DNA of 64,000 nt, taken from contig JAUPSS010000001.1 in NCBI GenBank assembly GCA_040285825.1, positions 1,860,001 to 1,924,000 of the forward strand, given 5' to 3'. Below, piece by piece: positions 53,443-64,000 of this stretch. Each line of letters starts with the position of its first letter. Within the stretch, counting starts at the first letter, position 1. The notes under the pieces were generated by a model. That model had not been told where the DNA came from and ran no database searches. It saw only the letters and a program-made list of their open reading frames with translations. This stretch comes from Eukaryota sp. TZLM1-RC. Lineage: Eukaryota; Protista; Metamonada: BaSk clade. Both the position numbers and the translations under genes were made by a program.

Positions 53443-55324
53443 TGTTGCCTAAAGTCTATTGTAGTAAAGAAAAGTCTGATTTATTTTCTATTCATATTAT
53501 ATAAGCCTTAGGGCGCCAACACTGCTTCTTCCCTTGTTCAAAATAAATCAGCTTATATGAATATGAAATAAAAACTATATACAAATAACGAAATAACTAT
53601 AAATAAATACATATAATCGATATAATGTCAATAGCTCTTCTTGAGGATTGTAGGTCCTCGATACGCATGGATCTGTCGGAAGAAGAGTTTCTTACTGAGG
53701 GTTGAGGAGGAGCCGTTTCTCCAACGACTGGCCCGTTCAACTCTATGTCTTCTCCAATTTCACATTCCATAGGTTGGGAGGAAGTTGGTTCTTCCTGAGG
53801 AGCAACGTCTTGTCTTGTTACAGGCTCCGGGACGTTCACTGTTGGAACGTGTTCGGGTATGCTGTCAATAGAGCAGACCTGTATTGGTTGGCTTTTTTCA
53901 GAAATTATAGGGGCTACAACAGGCAATTTGGGAAGGTGGAGAGATGTGGATGGATCTCCCGTTACCCATTGTCTAAACTCTCGTTGTTTCGTGAACGAGT
54001 TACCATGTTGTTGGATGTAGTTGTTAGGACGGCTCCTATACGTGGATACAGCTGATCGTTCCGTATGAATGTTATTCAGAGCGTCTGCATCGAACCAGGG
54101 TGTTACTGGTTCAAGCTTGTCTTGTTCACTACTATCCTCCTGCTCCATAAATTCCCTAAAATATGTGGGAGCACCCTCTGTCAGCTCCGCGTAATTATAT
54201 CTTACCGTATCAAAGTTAGGATCAAACCAGGCAGGCAATTTGGATTGTAGGATGTCTTCCGAGTCGGTCCTACTTCTCTGTTCGATGGAGAGAAACCTTA
54301 TTCTCCTGCCGTATTGATCTAGGAAGGAGGCCTTCCAATCCAATCTATCTTTGATGGGAAGAGACATCAATTCATTGATTCTCTTGTCCATTCCAGAGAT
54401 TCTGGGGCGGCGTTCTGCGTTACACCCGAATGTCTCTCTACTCAATTTATCGAGTGCCTTTATGAGTTCATTCCTTTCATTGAGGGGAATTTCCAATACC
54501 TTTTGGGTATCCCCAATCATTCCGAGGGTCTTGAAACCAACGTTTCTGCCTCTTTTTTGAATGTAACTCCATAAAGGGGGAAGCTGCTCGAACAGACAGA
54601 AATCTGTTGGTTCGAGGTAAGCCTCCGCATCCTCTCTTAATAACTTGTACAACCCCTCAGAAGAGTCGTCTTCTCCCTCCATTTCATCTAGTTGAGATTG
54701 AATTTCTTCATATTCTCCTAATGGGGAAGACGTGTCTAAGGTGGGATCTCCATCCGTTCCCTTTGAGACAGGTTCTAGAATTGGGAGGGGAGAGGGAGCC
54801 GGGTCCGTTCTCGTCGCCTCTTCCATTGCTTTGAGGGGAGAGGGAGCCGGGTCCGTTCTCGTAACCTCATCTGTTTCTTTTTTCCTGAGGGGAGAGGGAG
54901 CCGGGTCCGTTCTCGTTACCTCTTCTGTTTCTTTTTTCCTGAGGGGAGAGGGAGCCGGGTCCGTTCTCGTTACCTCTTCTGTTGTTGAAGATGGAGGGAC
55001 CTCGTCCACTCTTTCATCTTCTTCTACATTAAGGGAGGGGGAGGTGGGATCCGGGTCCGTTGCCTCGTTGCCCTCTATATCATGTGTATGTGACGCTGGT
55101 ACCTGCTGCATATTAAGTGGTGGATTAGAGTCAGAGATATCTGGTTGGGAGATGTCTGACATGCTGTAAAGGTTTTTGGGGATGTTTACTAGTAAATTGC
55201 TGAAGTTATGGTATACCTTTTGACTTTAAAATGGCCAATAATTATTGTTGCCTAAAGTCTATTGTAGTAAAGAAAAGTCTGATTTATTTTCTATTCATAT
55301 TATATAAGCCTTAGGGCGCCAACA
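53443..55324 (-). mobile_element. Young non-autonomous mini-LTR element (79-bp identical LTRs at 53443-53521 and 55246-55324)
   Basis: TGTTG...CAACA LTRs, TSD ttta (53439-53442 and 55325-55328), PPT aagggaagaagcag, single ORF with no RT or IN motifs. Confidence 0.93.
53597..55162 (-). CDS. Mini-LTR element-encoded protein of unknown function
   Basis: Intact 521-aa ORF with EEVTRTDPAPSPL repeats; block EPTD[FY]CLFEQLP..W..I.K.GR is shared with 19069..19302. Confidence 0.8.
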   Translation of the reverse strand: MSDISQPDISDSNPPLNMQQVPASHTHDIEGNEATDPDPTSPSLNVEEDERVDEVPPSSTTEEVTRTDPAPSPLRKKETEEVTRTDPAPSPLRKKETDEVTRTDPAPSPLKAMEEATRTDPAPSPLPILEPVSKGTDGDPTLDTSSPLGEYEEIQSQLDEMEGEDDSSEGLYKLLREDAEAYLEPTDFCLFEQLPPLWSYIQKRGRNVGFKTLGMIGDTQKVLEIPLNERNELIKALDKLSRETFGCNAERRPRISGMDKRINELMSLPIKDRLDWKASFLDQYGRRIRFLSIEQRSRTDSEDILQSKLPAWFDPNFDTVRYNYAELTEGAPTYFREFMEQEDSSEQDKLEPVTPWFDADALNNIHTERSAVSTYRSRPNNYIQQHGNSFTKQREFRQWVTGDPSTSLHLPKLPVVAPIISEKSQPIQVCSIDSIPEHVPTVNVPEPVTRQDVAPQEEPTSSQPMECEIGEDIELNGPVVGETAPPQPSVRNSSSDRSMRIEDLQSSRRAIDIISIICIYL

Positions 55325-55329
55325 TTTAG

Positions 55330-55965
55330 ATAAACTCAAGATCCTTCATCCATTTGAAAACCCAATGATGGATCAAAATTATTATGGAGATTATTGGGAA
55401 AGCGATCCATTGATGGCATCAGAGGTATTTGCAGTGGTCAAAAAGCGACCACGCAGAAAGTCTGCAGGTCTTTCTGGGATTTCGATTGATCATATCAAAG
55501 CTACGGTTACTTCTTCAGAAGATTGTCTATAATAAATAGTGTTTATTACCATAATTTTTTAATATAATTTTATCTGGCCAACTGAAATATAAATACAATG
55601 AGCCCTTATCTCATCTAGGACGTGTTGAGCATGTCAAATATCAGCTGGTTCCATTTGCTGTTCTTTTTGGTAACATTGGTATATCTGGAATTAAATTTCT
55701 CAAAGGATTCAGAAGTTTAATAAAAGAAAGAGCGGGACAAAAATTGAACTTCAATTTCTGGCACAACAGAATTGTTTTCAGTATTCTTAAAGCAATTCCC
55801 GAAATTATAACCGAAGCGCTGCTACAATTAGGAATAGAGTATGAGAATCGCGCATTGAAGAGGTTTGATGATGTTGATGCGTGTATTTAGGATTGTGAGT
55901 TCTAGTTTTTTGTTTAGTTGTTTTGTTTGCATTTCAAAATAAAAACAAATTTAACAAAAAAAACT
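55330..55965 (+). mobile_element. CRE-like fragments, subfamily E (KSAGLSGISIDH; ...KRFDDVDACI-DCEF*)
   Basis: RT N-terminal motif, then RLE C-terminus FWHNRIVFSILK and an A-rich tail. Confidence 0.7.
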
Positions 55966-56029
55966 TAAATATCACGAAGAAATAAAATGTTCACGCTTGA
56001 CTGCACTTGGAAAAAACTCAAAAATGAAT

Positions 56030-57630
56030 GTAATAGATTACCTAGATTTTTCAATCGAATTAGAGCAATCAGATCAAGATTTTGTAGAGGAAATCTTGGT
56101 TCAATGAATTTCGTCCCATTAGTTATGAGTTTATTTTGTTAAGTGTGAAAGTTCAATAAATCAAACCTATTTTAAGTCAATAACACAATTGTTTTTTTGA
56201 AAATATATTTTATTCAAACAAAATAAAAATTTAACAAGAAATATGAAAACATAAAATACACAATTAAAACTCCACATCCTCAAAACCTGCCTCCCCTACA
56301 TCAAAACAATTAACTGCTAAAGATTCAGAAAATTTCACAAAAGAAGAGAGTGAATCAGAAATTAGTTTTACCATTCCCTTAAAAATAGAAAATACAATCC
56401 TGTTTTGCCAGTAAACACGATTGAAAATTCTTCCAGTTCTTTCCTTTACAACTACAACAAAATCCTCAAGGAAAACCATAGCAGCATTACCTAGAGATCC
56501 AAGCAAGAAAAAAACAAAGGGACATAAATTATATTGAACATGAGAATTTTCCATTAACGGAGGAAATGGGTTTCGCGTATTTAGCAATTTTATATTTTTC
56601 GCCTGCAAGAAGAGGATTATTTACCTATGAGTTAATGAGATGTTCGTTAGAGGAATTACAAGGGTCAATAGACATGGTGTCTAAAATAGTAAAACTACCA
56701 TTTAAGCCGGAAAAAACCAAATCACCTTTTGTCAGACCCATAGAAGCACTGCTGTAACGCGTACTATCAATATTGGGGTCATCAAGAATTAATTTCGATA
56801 GCAAAGGCTCTAAAAAGGAATCTACTCGATATGATTTACATATTACATAAATTTGGTCCCTAAAATTATTATGTACTTTACTATTTATTGTCTTTTTTCA
56901 CTTGATAAGATTAATTCATAACTAATGGGTCGAAAATCATTGAACCAAGATTTCCTCTACAAAATCTTGATCTGCTTGCTGTCTAGCTAAAGCTTCATTA
57001 ATTCGATGTACTTTACTTCTAAATGTGATAGAATGCTTACAATTCAAAAGATGGGTAAACAAAAGAGGTTTACCACATTCACATGTTAAATGATTAGGCA
57101 AATTGTTTGGCCCAGAAAACAACGAAAACGCATGTTCAGAAGCCATTCATTGTCTTTGAACGAAGTTCATCAACAGAGGGAATTTGAGTTACTAAAGCAG
57201 CAGCGGAACTATTACGATTGTCTTTTAAAAAATTTCCAAAAGCGGGATTTTCAGTTTTGGCCAAGCCAAGTCTTACTTCATAATCCAAGCTTTCATATAA
57301 TTTAACCAGATGGTGCTGAAGCTTTTTCAGGCAAAAACGTAAATTAGGAAGTGATCGGTTGGGAATTTCATGAACGTTTTGAGGAAAACACTGAATCCAG
57401 ACATCACTAGGCAAATTATCTAATTCAATCTGAAGTTGAGTTAAGTAAAAATTAGATTTACTTGATCAAATGAACATCATAGGGAAACCTTTGGAAAAAA
57501 TCAAAAACAAAATTTTTACCACCTCCCAAAAAAAGCTGCTTTACATAAAATTGAAGATTTAGTGAAACCAATTCCACCCAATTCAGCAGAACAAAAAACA
57601 TGACTTCGAATTAAAGATTCATTTACCACC
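56030..57630. mobile_element. Patchwork of CRE-like subfamily B and C fragments on both strands
   Basis: C ends at 56030-56160 (+) and 56900-57005 (-); B end at 56225-56885 (-); GGIGFTKS, CECGK..HLLNC at 57005-57630 (-). Confidence 0.8.
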
Positions 57631-57669
57631 AAAAAGAAGAAAAAAACACAATTGTGATCGATTTTTATC

Positions 57670-58077
57670 ATGTATTCCACTTCACTACTGTTGGAATCAT
57701 TAGACAAATGCATTTATGATCTCTCGGAAGTAGAACAACTTCAACCACAACGAGACTCACTAATATCACAGCTTCGGAAATTCCGGAGCAAATTAACATG
57801 CAGTAGCCTAACTGGATGGTTACCATTGATTCCAACAGTGTTTCAACATCTTATTTCCTTCATGGAACCCACCCTTGCTGCGATCAATGAAGGTGATGAA
57901 TCTTTGAGGACTGCAATGGACAGTTGTACTTCTACCTTTCAGCAACTTGAGCAGTTGTACGATGAGGCTTGTGCTGAAGGTCGTCGTAAATCATGGCTTC
58001 AGCGAAACCTATCCCCACTCATTACCTCATGTTTTTGTGTTTTATCATTAATAATATTAATAAAATTAGTAAGATAA
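57670..58077 (+). CDS. Small helical protein with C-terminal transmembrane segment
   Basis: Intact ORF ending LITSCFCVLSLIILIKLVR (tail-anchor-like). Confidence 0.55.
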   Translation: MYSTSLLLESLDKCIYDLSEVEQLQPQRDSLISQLRKFRSKLTCSSLTGWLPLIPTVFQHLISFMEPTLAAINEGDESLRTAMDSCTSTFQQLEQLYDEACAEGRRKSWLQRNLSPLITSCFCVLSLIILIKLVR

Positions 58078-58233
58078 AGTTGTGTTCTTCATATCAATAC
58101 ATAGGAAACACTATTTATAGCTGTGGATACACTGAAAGAAGTGTCCACAATACATATTCGCACATTGCTAAACAAAGTGTCAAGCTCTCTATTTATGGAT
58201 ATTTGTTGGCAAAAAAAACTATCTATGGAAGAA

Positions 58234-58535
58234 TTAGGCTTCGGTAGCACGGGTGTAGATTTGAAGAGCACTGTGTTGGGCAACAGGCTTGATGGAACCT
58301 TCTTCAGCCATTTGACGTAAAACAATCTTGGCAACAGTGGCACTGACCTTCAAGGACTCGGAAACGATGAAGGGAGTGATGAGGCGCTTGGAAGGAATAT
58401 CCTTCATCAACTTGGCGTGAATATCCTTGGTGAGGAAGCAGTTATTGTTGAGCTTGTCACGAACGCGACCTTTAGACCACTGAGGTAAGAATACAATGAG
58501 AAGCTACATGCTTTCTTTCTTTGTGGACCAGCCAT
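58234..58535 (-). CDS. RPS25: 40S ribosomal protein S25 (eS25); GC-AG intron 58480-58511
   Basis: Spliced MAGPQRKK|WSKGRVRDKLNN..LITPFIVSESLKV..HSALQIYTRATEA*. Confidence 0.93.
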
Positions 58536-58597
58536 TTGAATTACACTTGGGAGAAAAAGGACTTTTCTTTCTTTTGAGAGACAAAACCAAATGATTT

Positions 58598-59158
58598 ATG
58601 AACAACCGTTACACTGAACTGCAGCGACTTAATCAGCAATTAGATGACTTGCGTACTACACTTTCCTCTTCTCTTGAATCTATTTGTACAGAAAATACGG
58701 ATAACGATGTCAAAACAATTACAACTTCACTCGATGAGATTTGTCATGAACCCAGACCTGCTTCAGTATCTCTCAATTTGTCAGATTTACTCGAAGAGCA
58801 GAAACCACCTTTGACCCCACAAGCCGCAGCAAGGAGGTCTTCACAACTGCAGAAGCGCATAGATGCTATCAGCAGATCTGTAAGGTCACCCTTCAAACCT
58901 TCCTTCAATAATCCCACTTCTTCCCCTTATTCTCCTATACGTCCTTTCTCTGCTCCTATTCGTCCAATAAAAGACTCTCTTACTGATCCGCCGCCTATTA
59001 GGAAACCCAGAAACAGTTCTCAAAGTTTGAATTACACTGATCGACCAAAGGAAGAAAGTTCAGCTCGACCGAGTCCCCTAACCGTGAAAGTTCGTCCTAA
59101 ACTGAGACGACTATCACAAACCCCGAAAAGACTTGGAAGCAGTGGTTGGATGTACTAA
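58598..59158 (+). CDS. Hypothetical protein (N-terminal coiled coil, S/P/R-rich tail)
   Basis: Intact 186-aa ORF, divergent from RPS25. Confidence 0.6.
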   Translation: MNNRYTELQRLNQQLDDLRTTLSSSLESICTENTDNDVKTITTSLDEICHEPRPASVSLNLSDLLEEQKPPLTPQAAARRSSQLQKRIDAISRSVRSPFKPSFNNPTSSPYSPIRPFSAPIRPIKDSLTDPPPIRKPRNSSQSLNYTDRPKEESSARPSPLTVKVRPKLRRLSQTPKRLGSSGWMY

Positions 59159-59910
59159 TTATGTTTTATTGTGGTCGGTTTTTTTGTATTGTAATTTTAT
59201 CTATTTTGAAGAGCCTATTGATGTTCTCAATTTGTAATCTTATTTTGTTTTTTTGTTTTTGTCAATTTTTTCCATCCGTTTGTACCTCATTTATTAGCAC
59301 AGCAATTTCAATTGTTTATAAACTTAATTTATTTTCAAATTGTTTTCCAAGAATGAACCTGGTCTTTTTATTAGTACTTGGATTTTTGTTTCAATAATAA
59401 GGGATAAGCTCAATAATGTTCAAATCTACTGTTTTTGTCAAGCAATCTGTTTTTCGAAACGTCAAATAACATTCAATTTCGTTTCTATCATTATTCTATA
59501 ATCTTGTTATCCTCTATTTGTCATCATTAATAGATTACCATTGTCAGCTGGGTCAGATCTGAAATAAGTACATAATAATTGTAGCTGATTTAATCAAATA
59601 CGCTTGTTTGGTGAATTGCTTAAGTTCAAGAAACAATCTAATGCAAATCGAAAAACCTGCTGTTCATTCAGTAATTGTTCAGTTGAACTACAGATTAATC
59701 AGGAACTGGTTTTCTTGTAGATCTAGTTTATTTCTTGGTAACCATTTTGCGAATATACAATTTTTTGTGATTTTATTTTGCTTAGTGTAAAATCATCAAA
59801 TACAATGTTCTGGCATTTGAAATTACGAGTTTCGACATTTGAGATTGTTTAAAAACTAATTACTAATTGCTCCAAAGTAGAAACAACCAACAGAAAGAAT
59901 TTACAAAACA

Positions 59911-61071
59911 CTATAAGCAATCAGCAGACAGTCTATTAGGAACATTATGACTACCTTTGCTAATCCAGAGAACACACAAATCTCCAAAACCTACAATTGA
60001 AAGTCCTTTGCTGTTTTCTCGTTGTAATTCCCCAATTTGTTCAAAAGTTGTCAAATCAATAAAGACTACTCTTGTGGCATAGACATCTAAAGACATGTCA
60101 TAAAAGGAAACTGCAATCACATTTGATGGGAAAACCGTGTGGCCTTGATATTCAGCTGATTCTGAAAGATCAATAATGACTTTAGCATCACCATATCCTT
60201 CATTTGTCTTTGGAATGTGAACCAGTCTTAAGGGCCCGTTCCTTTCTCCCACGCCAAACACAACACTAGAATCGGAAACAACGGTGGAAAAGAGAGTACC
60301 TTCATTCATGTGAACACGAGTCACGTTGCGCTTGAAGATTTCAACGGGATGACCGGAAGAGGTGAAAACACCTACAAAAAACTGGAAATCGCGCTCCTGC
60401 CATGATGATGAACCAAAGAAGATCATTCCATTCATGTGGTCGGCTGAGAGGTGTCTTACACCGGGGTACCATTTCTTCCATTTAACAGAAAGATTGGGAT
60501 TGAGGTGATAAATGTTGTTGAAGGAGAAGCCATAGTAACCAGAGAAAGACGGCACGAGGTTGATACTATCGTCAACTGATCTACGTTGCAAAAGATTACC
60601 GTCCCAGCTTACCCTAGTGACAATTCTTTGATCACAAAACACAACTCCAGTAGCATCAGCAACAGGGTCATAGGGAGTTGTGGCTGGGTAGGTAAAATGG
60701 GTAGACAAATCAGTTGAGATGAAATGAAGGTCTGTTTGGGCCATATTGGGGAATTGGTACATGGCCATCATATCAGCAGAGGGGTTGATCATGACAGTAC
60801 TGCTTTTAGATTTAACTCTAATGATTTCATCGGTAACAGGCTCTCCAGTGGCCAAGGACAGCTTGTGAAGCCCAACATTCGTGTGCCAAAAAACATGTTC
60901 ATCAACGATAAGTGCTGGCGAACTCCAAACAGAACGGGGTGATTCGAAGCTCCAGGATGAGGAGATTTGGGATGTTCCAGAGATGTAATTGGTGTTCTCC
61001 GGTGTAACACCAACTGACCATGTCACAGCAAGAGGTAACAAAAAGACCAGAAGTGAGAGGACAGCCTTCAT
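59911..61071 (-). CDS. Secreted beta-rich (possibly beta-propeller) protein
   Basis: Signal peptide MKAVLSLLVFLLPLAVTWS; WSFESPRSVWSSPAL and LHKLSLATGE resemble PQQ-type propeller blades. Confidence 0.6.
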   Translation of the reverse strand: MKAVLSLLVFLLPLAVTWSVGVTPENTNYISGTSQISSSWSFESPRSVWSSPALIVDEHVFWHTNVGLHKLSLATGEPVTDEIIRVKSKSSTVMINPSADMMAMYQFPNMAQTDLHFISTDLSTHFTYPATTPYDPVADATGVVFCDQRIVTRVSWDGNLLQRRSVDDSINLVPSFSGYYGFSFNNIYHLNPNLSVKWKKWYPGVRHLSADHMNGMIFFGSSSWQERDFQFFVGVFTSSGHPVEIFKRNVTRVHMNEGTLFSTVVSDSSVVFGVGERNGPLRLVHIPKTNEGYGDAKVIIDLSESAEYQGHTVFPSNVIAVSFYDMSLDVYATRVVFIDLTTFEQIGELQRENSKGLSIVGFGDLCVLWISKGSHNVPNRLSADCL

Positions 61072-61259
61072 AATGGTGATCAATCACAAAAAATGGATTG
61101 ATTACATTTAGTTTCAAACCTCTACACTAAATGATTCTTCACGATTCTTCACGGTGTATTATAATCTAATACATCAATTGGACCAATTATCGAAATGTCA
61201 TCCATATAAGCTGTAATTTCAATTTCTGGGTGTTCTTGTTTTAATTTATACATTAGAAG

Positions 61260-63120
61260 ATCAAAAGCAAGGCAGAAGAAGAAAGGACCTAATGGATCGC
61301 CTTGTTTGACACCCAGAGACCAAGGCAGGTCACAATATTCATAAACAAGTTTTGATGATCTCCCTTAAAAAGTATAGAGAAAAGACTCAACTTCAGGAAA
61401 ATGTTTATGCAATAAAGGAAAAATAGAAGTACGGGAATCAGAATTGAAAGCATTTTTAAATCTAAATTAAAAATGTCACTAGAAGTACTTGTATTGAAGA
61501 AAACATCAGAGGAAAGAGCAGCAGCAGGCCCATCAATTGTTCTGATTCCAAAGTGATAAGGACTAAGAAAATTTTTGGCTTGTTTCCCAATTCTATTGAA
61601 GATTAAAGAAGCAAGAATCTACGCAAATGATTCTGCAATTGCAATTGGTCGAATTATGGATATATATTTTTTGAGGGCAATTAAACGAGAACCTGTCATC
61701 TCAAAAGGAATTTTTCTTTTTAATGCTAAAAGTTTTTTGTTAAAATGAAGGAGATCATCAACAATTTCGGTCAACAGCTGATTTTACCATAACAAAATTT
61801 AACATTGATGGACCTGCAGCTTTTCCGGACACCATATGATTAATGAGTTTTGAGACCTCTGAAGCGTTGACAGGATTGTTCAAACAATATTCAACTGAAT
61901 CTGATTTGGGACAATAAAAATTTTCTTCTGGATGATTATCTTATTGTGTCAATGTATTCGCTTCGCATTCAGCAACCTCGGAAGAAAATAAACATTGCTT
62001 TGCAGAACCAAAACGTCCTTATAAAACCAGTTTTCTTAGCAGATTTTCTTTAGACAAATCATTTTTTTGATTATTTGATTGATTTATAAAAAAATATTTT
62101 TTAGAAAAAATTTCCAAATCGGGGTAACATCCCATAATCCTTTTCGCGAACTTTCAGTAATTGCACGAAGAACAACAGCAAAAGGTATTGAAGACAACGG
62201 ATTCAGCTGAGCAGGAACTCGAATAGAGCAACGGAATTTATTATTGACGACACAAGAAGCACAAAACAATACGTTGCGATCAGAATCATCAATAGATAGA
62301 TGTTTTTGACAAAAAACACATTTCTTATCATTTTTATTATCCACATTGTGGGAAAAATCATAAGTAATTTCGTTTTCAACTGGAGATTTGTTTTCAGAAT
62401 CAGCTGGAGAGAAAAATTCAAATCTACACTGGTAGCACGAGCATCTTTTTCTCTCTTTAAATTTAATAAGAAAAGACCTAATGGATCACCTTGTTTAACA
62501 CCAGATGATGATATCACATTGAAGTCTTCATATTAAGTCTTCAAGCAAGTGTTAACTGTGAGCCATAACAATTGTAAAAGAAAGACTCAGCTTCCGGAAA
62601 ATGAGTTTCGAGCAAGGGCATGATTGATGACCTCTTCACTGCATTGAAGGCGTTTTTAAAATCTAAATTAAAAATATAATTCAAATTGCTTGAATTAAAG
62701 AGAACATCACAAGACAGTGCCGCAAATGTTGCTTCATCAACTGTTTTAATTCCAAATTGAAAAGAACTAAAAAATCTTGCTTTTAAAAAAATCAGCTTTT
62801 TTTACCAAACCTGTCACAGCTAAAGCCATAATACAAGATAATGATTCACCAACTGCAACTGGTTTTAATTTCGATTGATTTTGTTTTAATGCAATTAACC
62901 TTGTCACTTTAGAGGGAACCTTCAATTCAGTTGAATTGTTTAACCATTTTCAGGTAAACAAATATAATAGATTATCTTCCTTGATATCATCTGCTTTAGT
63001 GTTTCTTGGTCGTTTTTATGAAGGAATAGCTTCCAGTCAATTCTTTTTGACTGACGTGGGATATGAAGATTTAGAATTTTAAGTTTGTTTAGTTTCTCGG
63101 TGGAGTAAATTGGAAATATT
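61260..63120 (-). mobile_element. Tandem decayed CRE-like RT fragments plus a subfamily-D 3' end (63010-63110, +)
   Basis: Two GVKQGDPLG motifs, DFKNAFN, RPIAIAES and GKAAGPS. Confidence 0.8.
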
Positions 63121-63199
63121 CAAAAAAATATATAATATTTTACATTAAAATATATAAGATAAAATACGTTTTAGTAATAAAACAACATTTTTTCCTTTT

Positions 63200-64000
63200 T
63201 TGTATTTTTCAACAATCAACAGGAAACGCTGAGCTTGCAACACTTTTAAGTCATCGCCCATGGTATGTTTCTATCATTTTACTCCATTAGACAATTCATA
63301 GACGAAATTCCATAGCAGAAAGAATACGAGCAATCGAGAGCCTGAAATGCTAACTCTTTACAGATGGTTTTCAATTTAGACTTAGGAATGAGTAATCTTT
63401 TCGTCAATGAAATGCATCTATTAGAAACTATTCCTCTTGTTGAAACTTCAGAAGGAAATGATTCAACCAAAAAAAATTAAATTTGACAAAAACAATTCAA
63501 AACTCTGATATTTCGTACTTTTAGATGACGTCTACTGACAGAATATTGTTTCATCGGTGATGTAAACTCACAAATGAGGACTGTCCTCCCAACTTATTCA
63601 TACATTCAACTCACTGAGGCTTTTATACAAGCTGAAAAACAATTCAATTGGTACAAAAGTGTATGCTAAATGGTGAACCTTTTTAATAATAAAATTATCG
63701 AAACCATTCAATAGGAAACCTGCCTTAAGATACGAACATCCATTCAAAGCAATTATTAAAACCATTAAACCACACAAGTCTTCTTCATCTTCTAAAAATA
63801 AAAAGTTTAAATAATATACCAAAACTTTGTTCGATTTGTGCACTAAAAGTTCACAATGATCGCACCTAATGATCTCATTTCGAACCAATGTTTCCTTCCA
63901 CTTTTGATGTCCACAGTTATAATTATTAGCTGGGTCAACTGTCTTGACATCAATGAGTAAATAAGCAATTGACGTTCAACAAAGAAACAACATCCACAGT
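63200..64000 (-). mobile_element. Decayed CRE-like RLE region, subfamily F
   Basis: LLIDVKTVDPAN and IIALNG..FLLNGFDNFIIKK parallel the RLE of the other subfamilies; homologous to 24.1 kb. Confidence 0.55.

Noticed and set aside
63598-63888. NEIIRCDHCELLVH as a PHD finger
   Set aside because: The other PHD ligands are missing, and flanking sequence aligns with the CRE-like RLE region.

Overview
AT-rich, gene-compact eukaryotic (protist-like) DNA with very short spliceosomal introns (30-35 nt). Host genes include CCDC6-like, a divergent APC5-like gene, Nup98-like, MCM6, SNF7/CHMP4, GNL3/NUG1, a TPR protein, POLD1, RPL27A, RBBP4/MSI1, RPS25 and several orphans. They sit among three kinds of mobile DNA. 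(i) Many 5'-truncated, nested CRE/SLACS-like non-LTR retrotransposon fragments (RT + CCHC + restriction-like endonuclease) from about six subfamilies. (ii) One young Ty3/Gypsy element (identical 155-bp LTRs) and two non-autonomous mini-LTR elements encoding an unrecognised protein. All three share a covarying fold-back hairpin where a tRNA primer-binding site should be. (iii) Four Fanzor (eukaryotic TnpB) remnants. The standout is at ~8.5-13.0 kb: a decayed but readable architecture of structured RNA, Cys-rich repeats, a 2A-like DVEANPG motif and a PolB-type DEDDy 3'-5' exonuclease fused in frame to a Fanzor1. The three larger Fanzors all end in hairpin-rich, omegaRNA-sized segments directly upstream of host start codons. 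All calls come from manual reading and motif recognition; no database searches were run.
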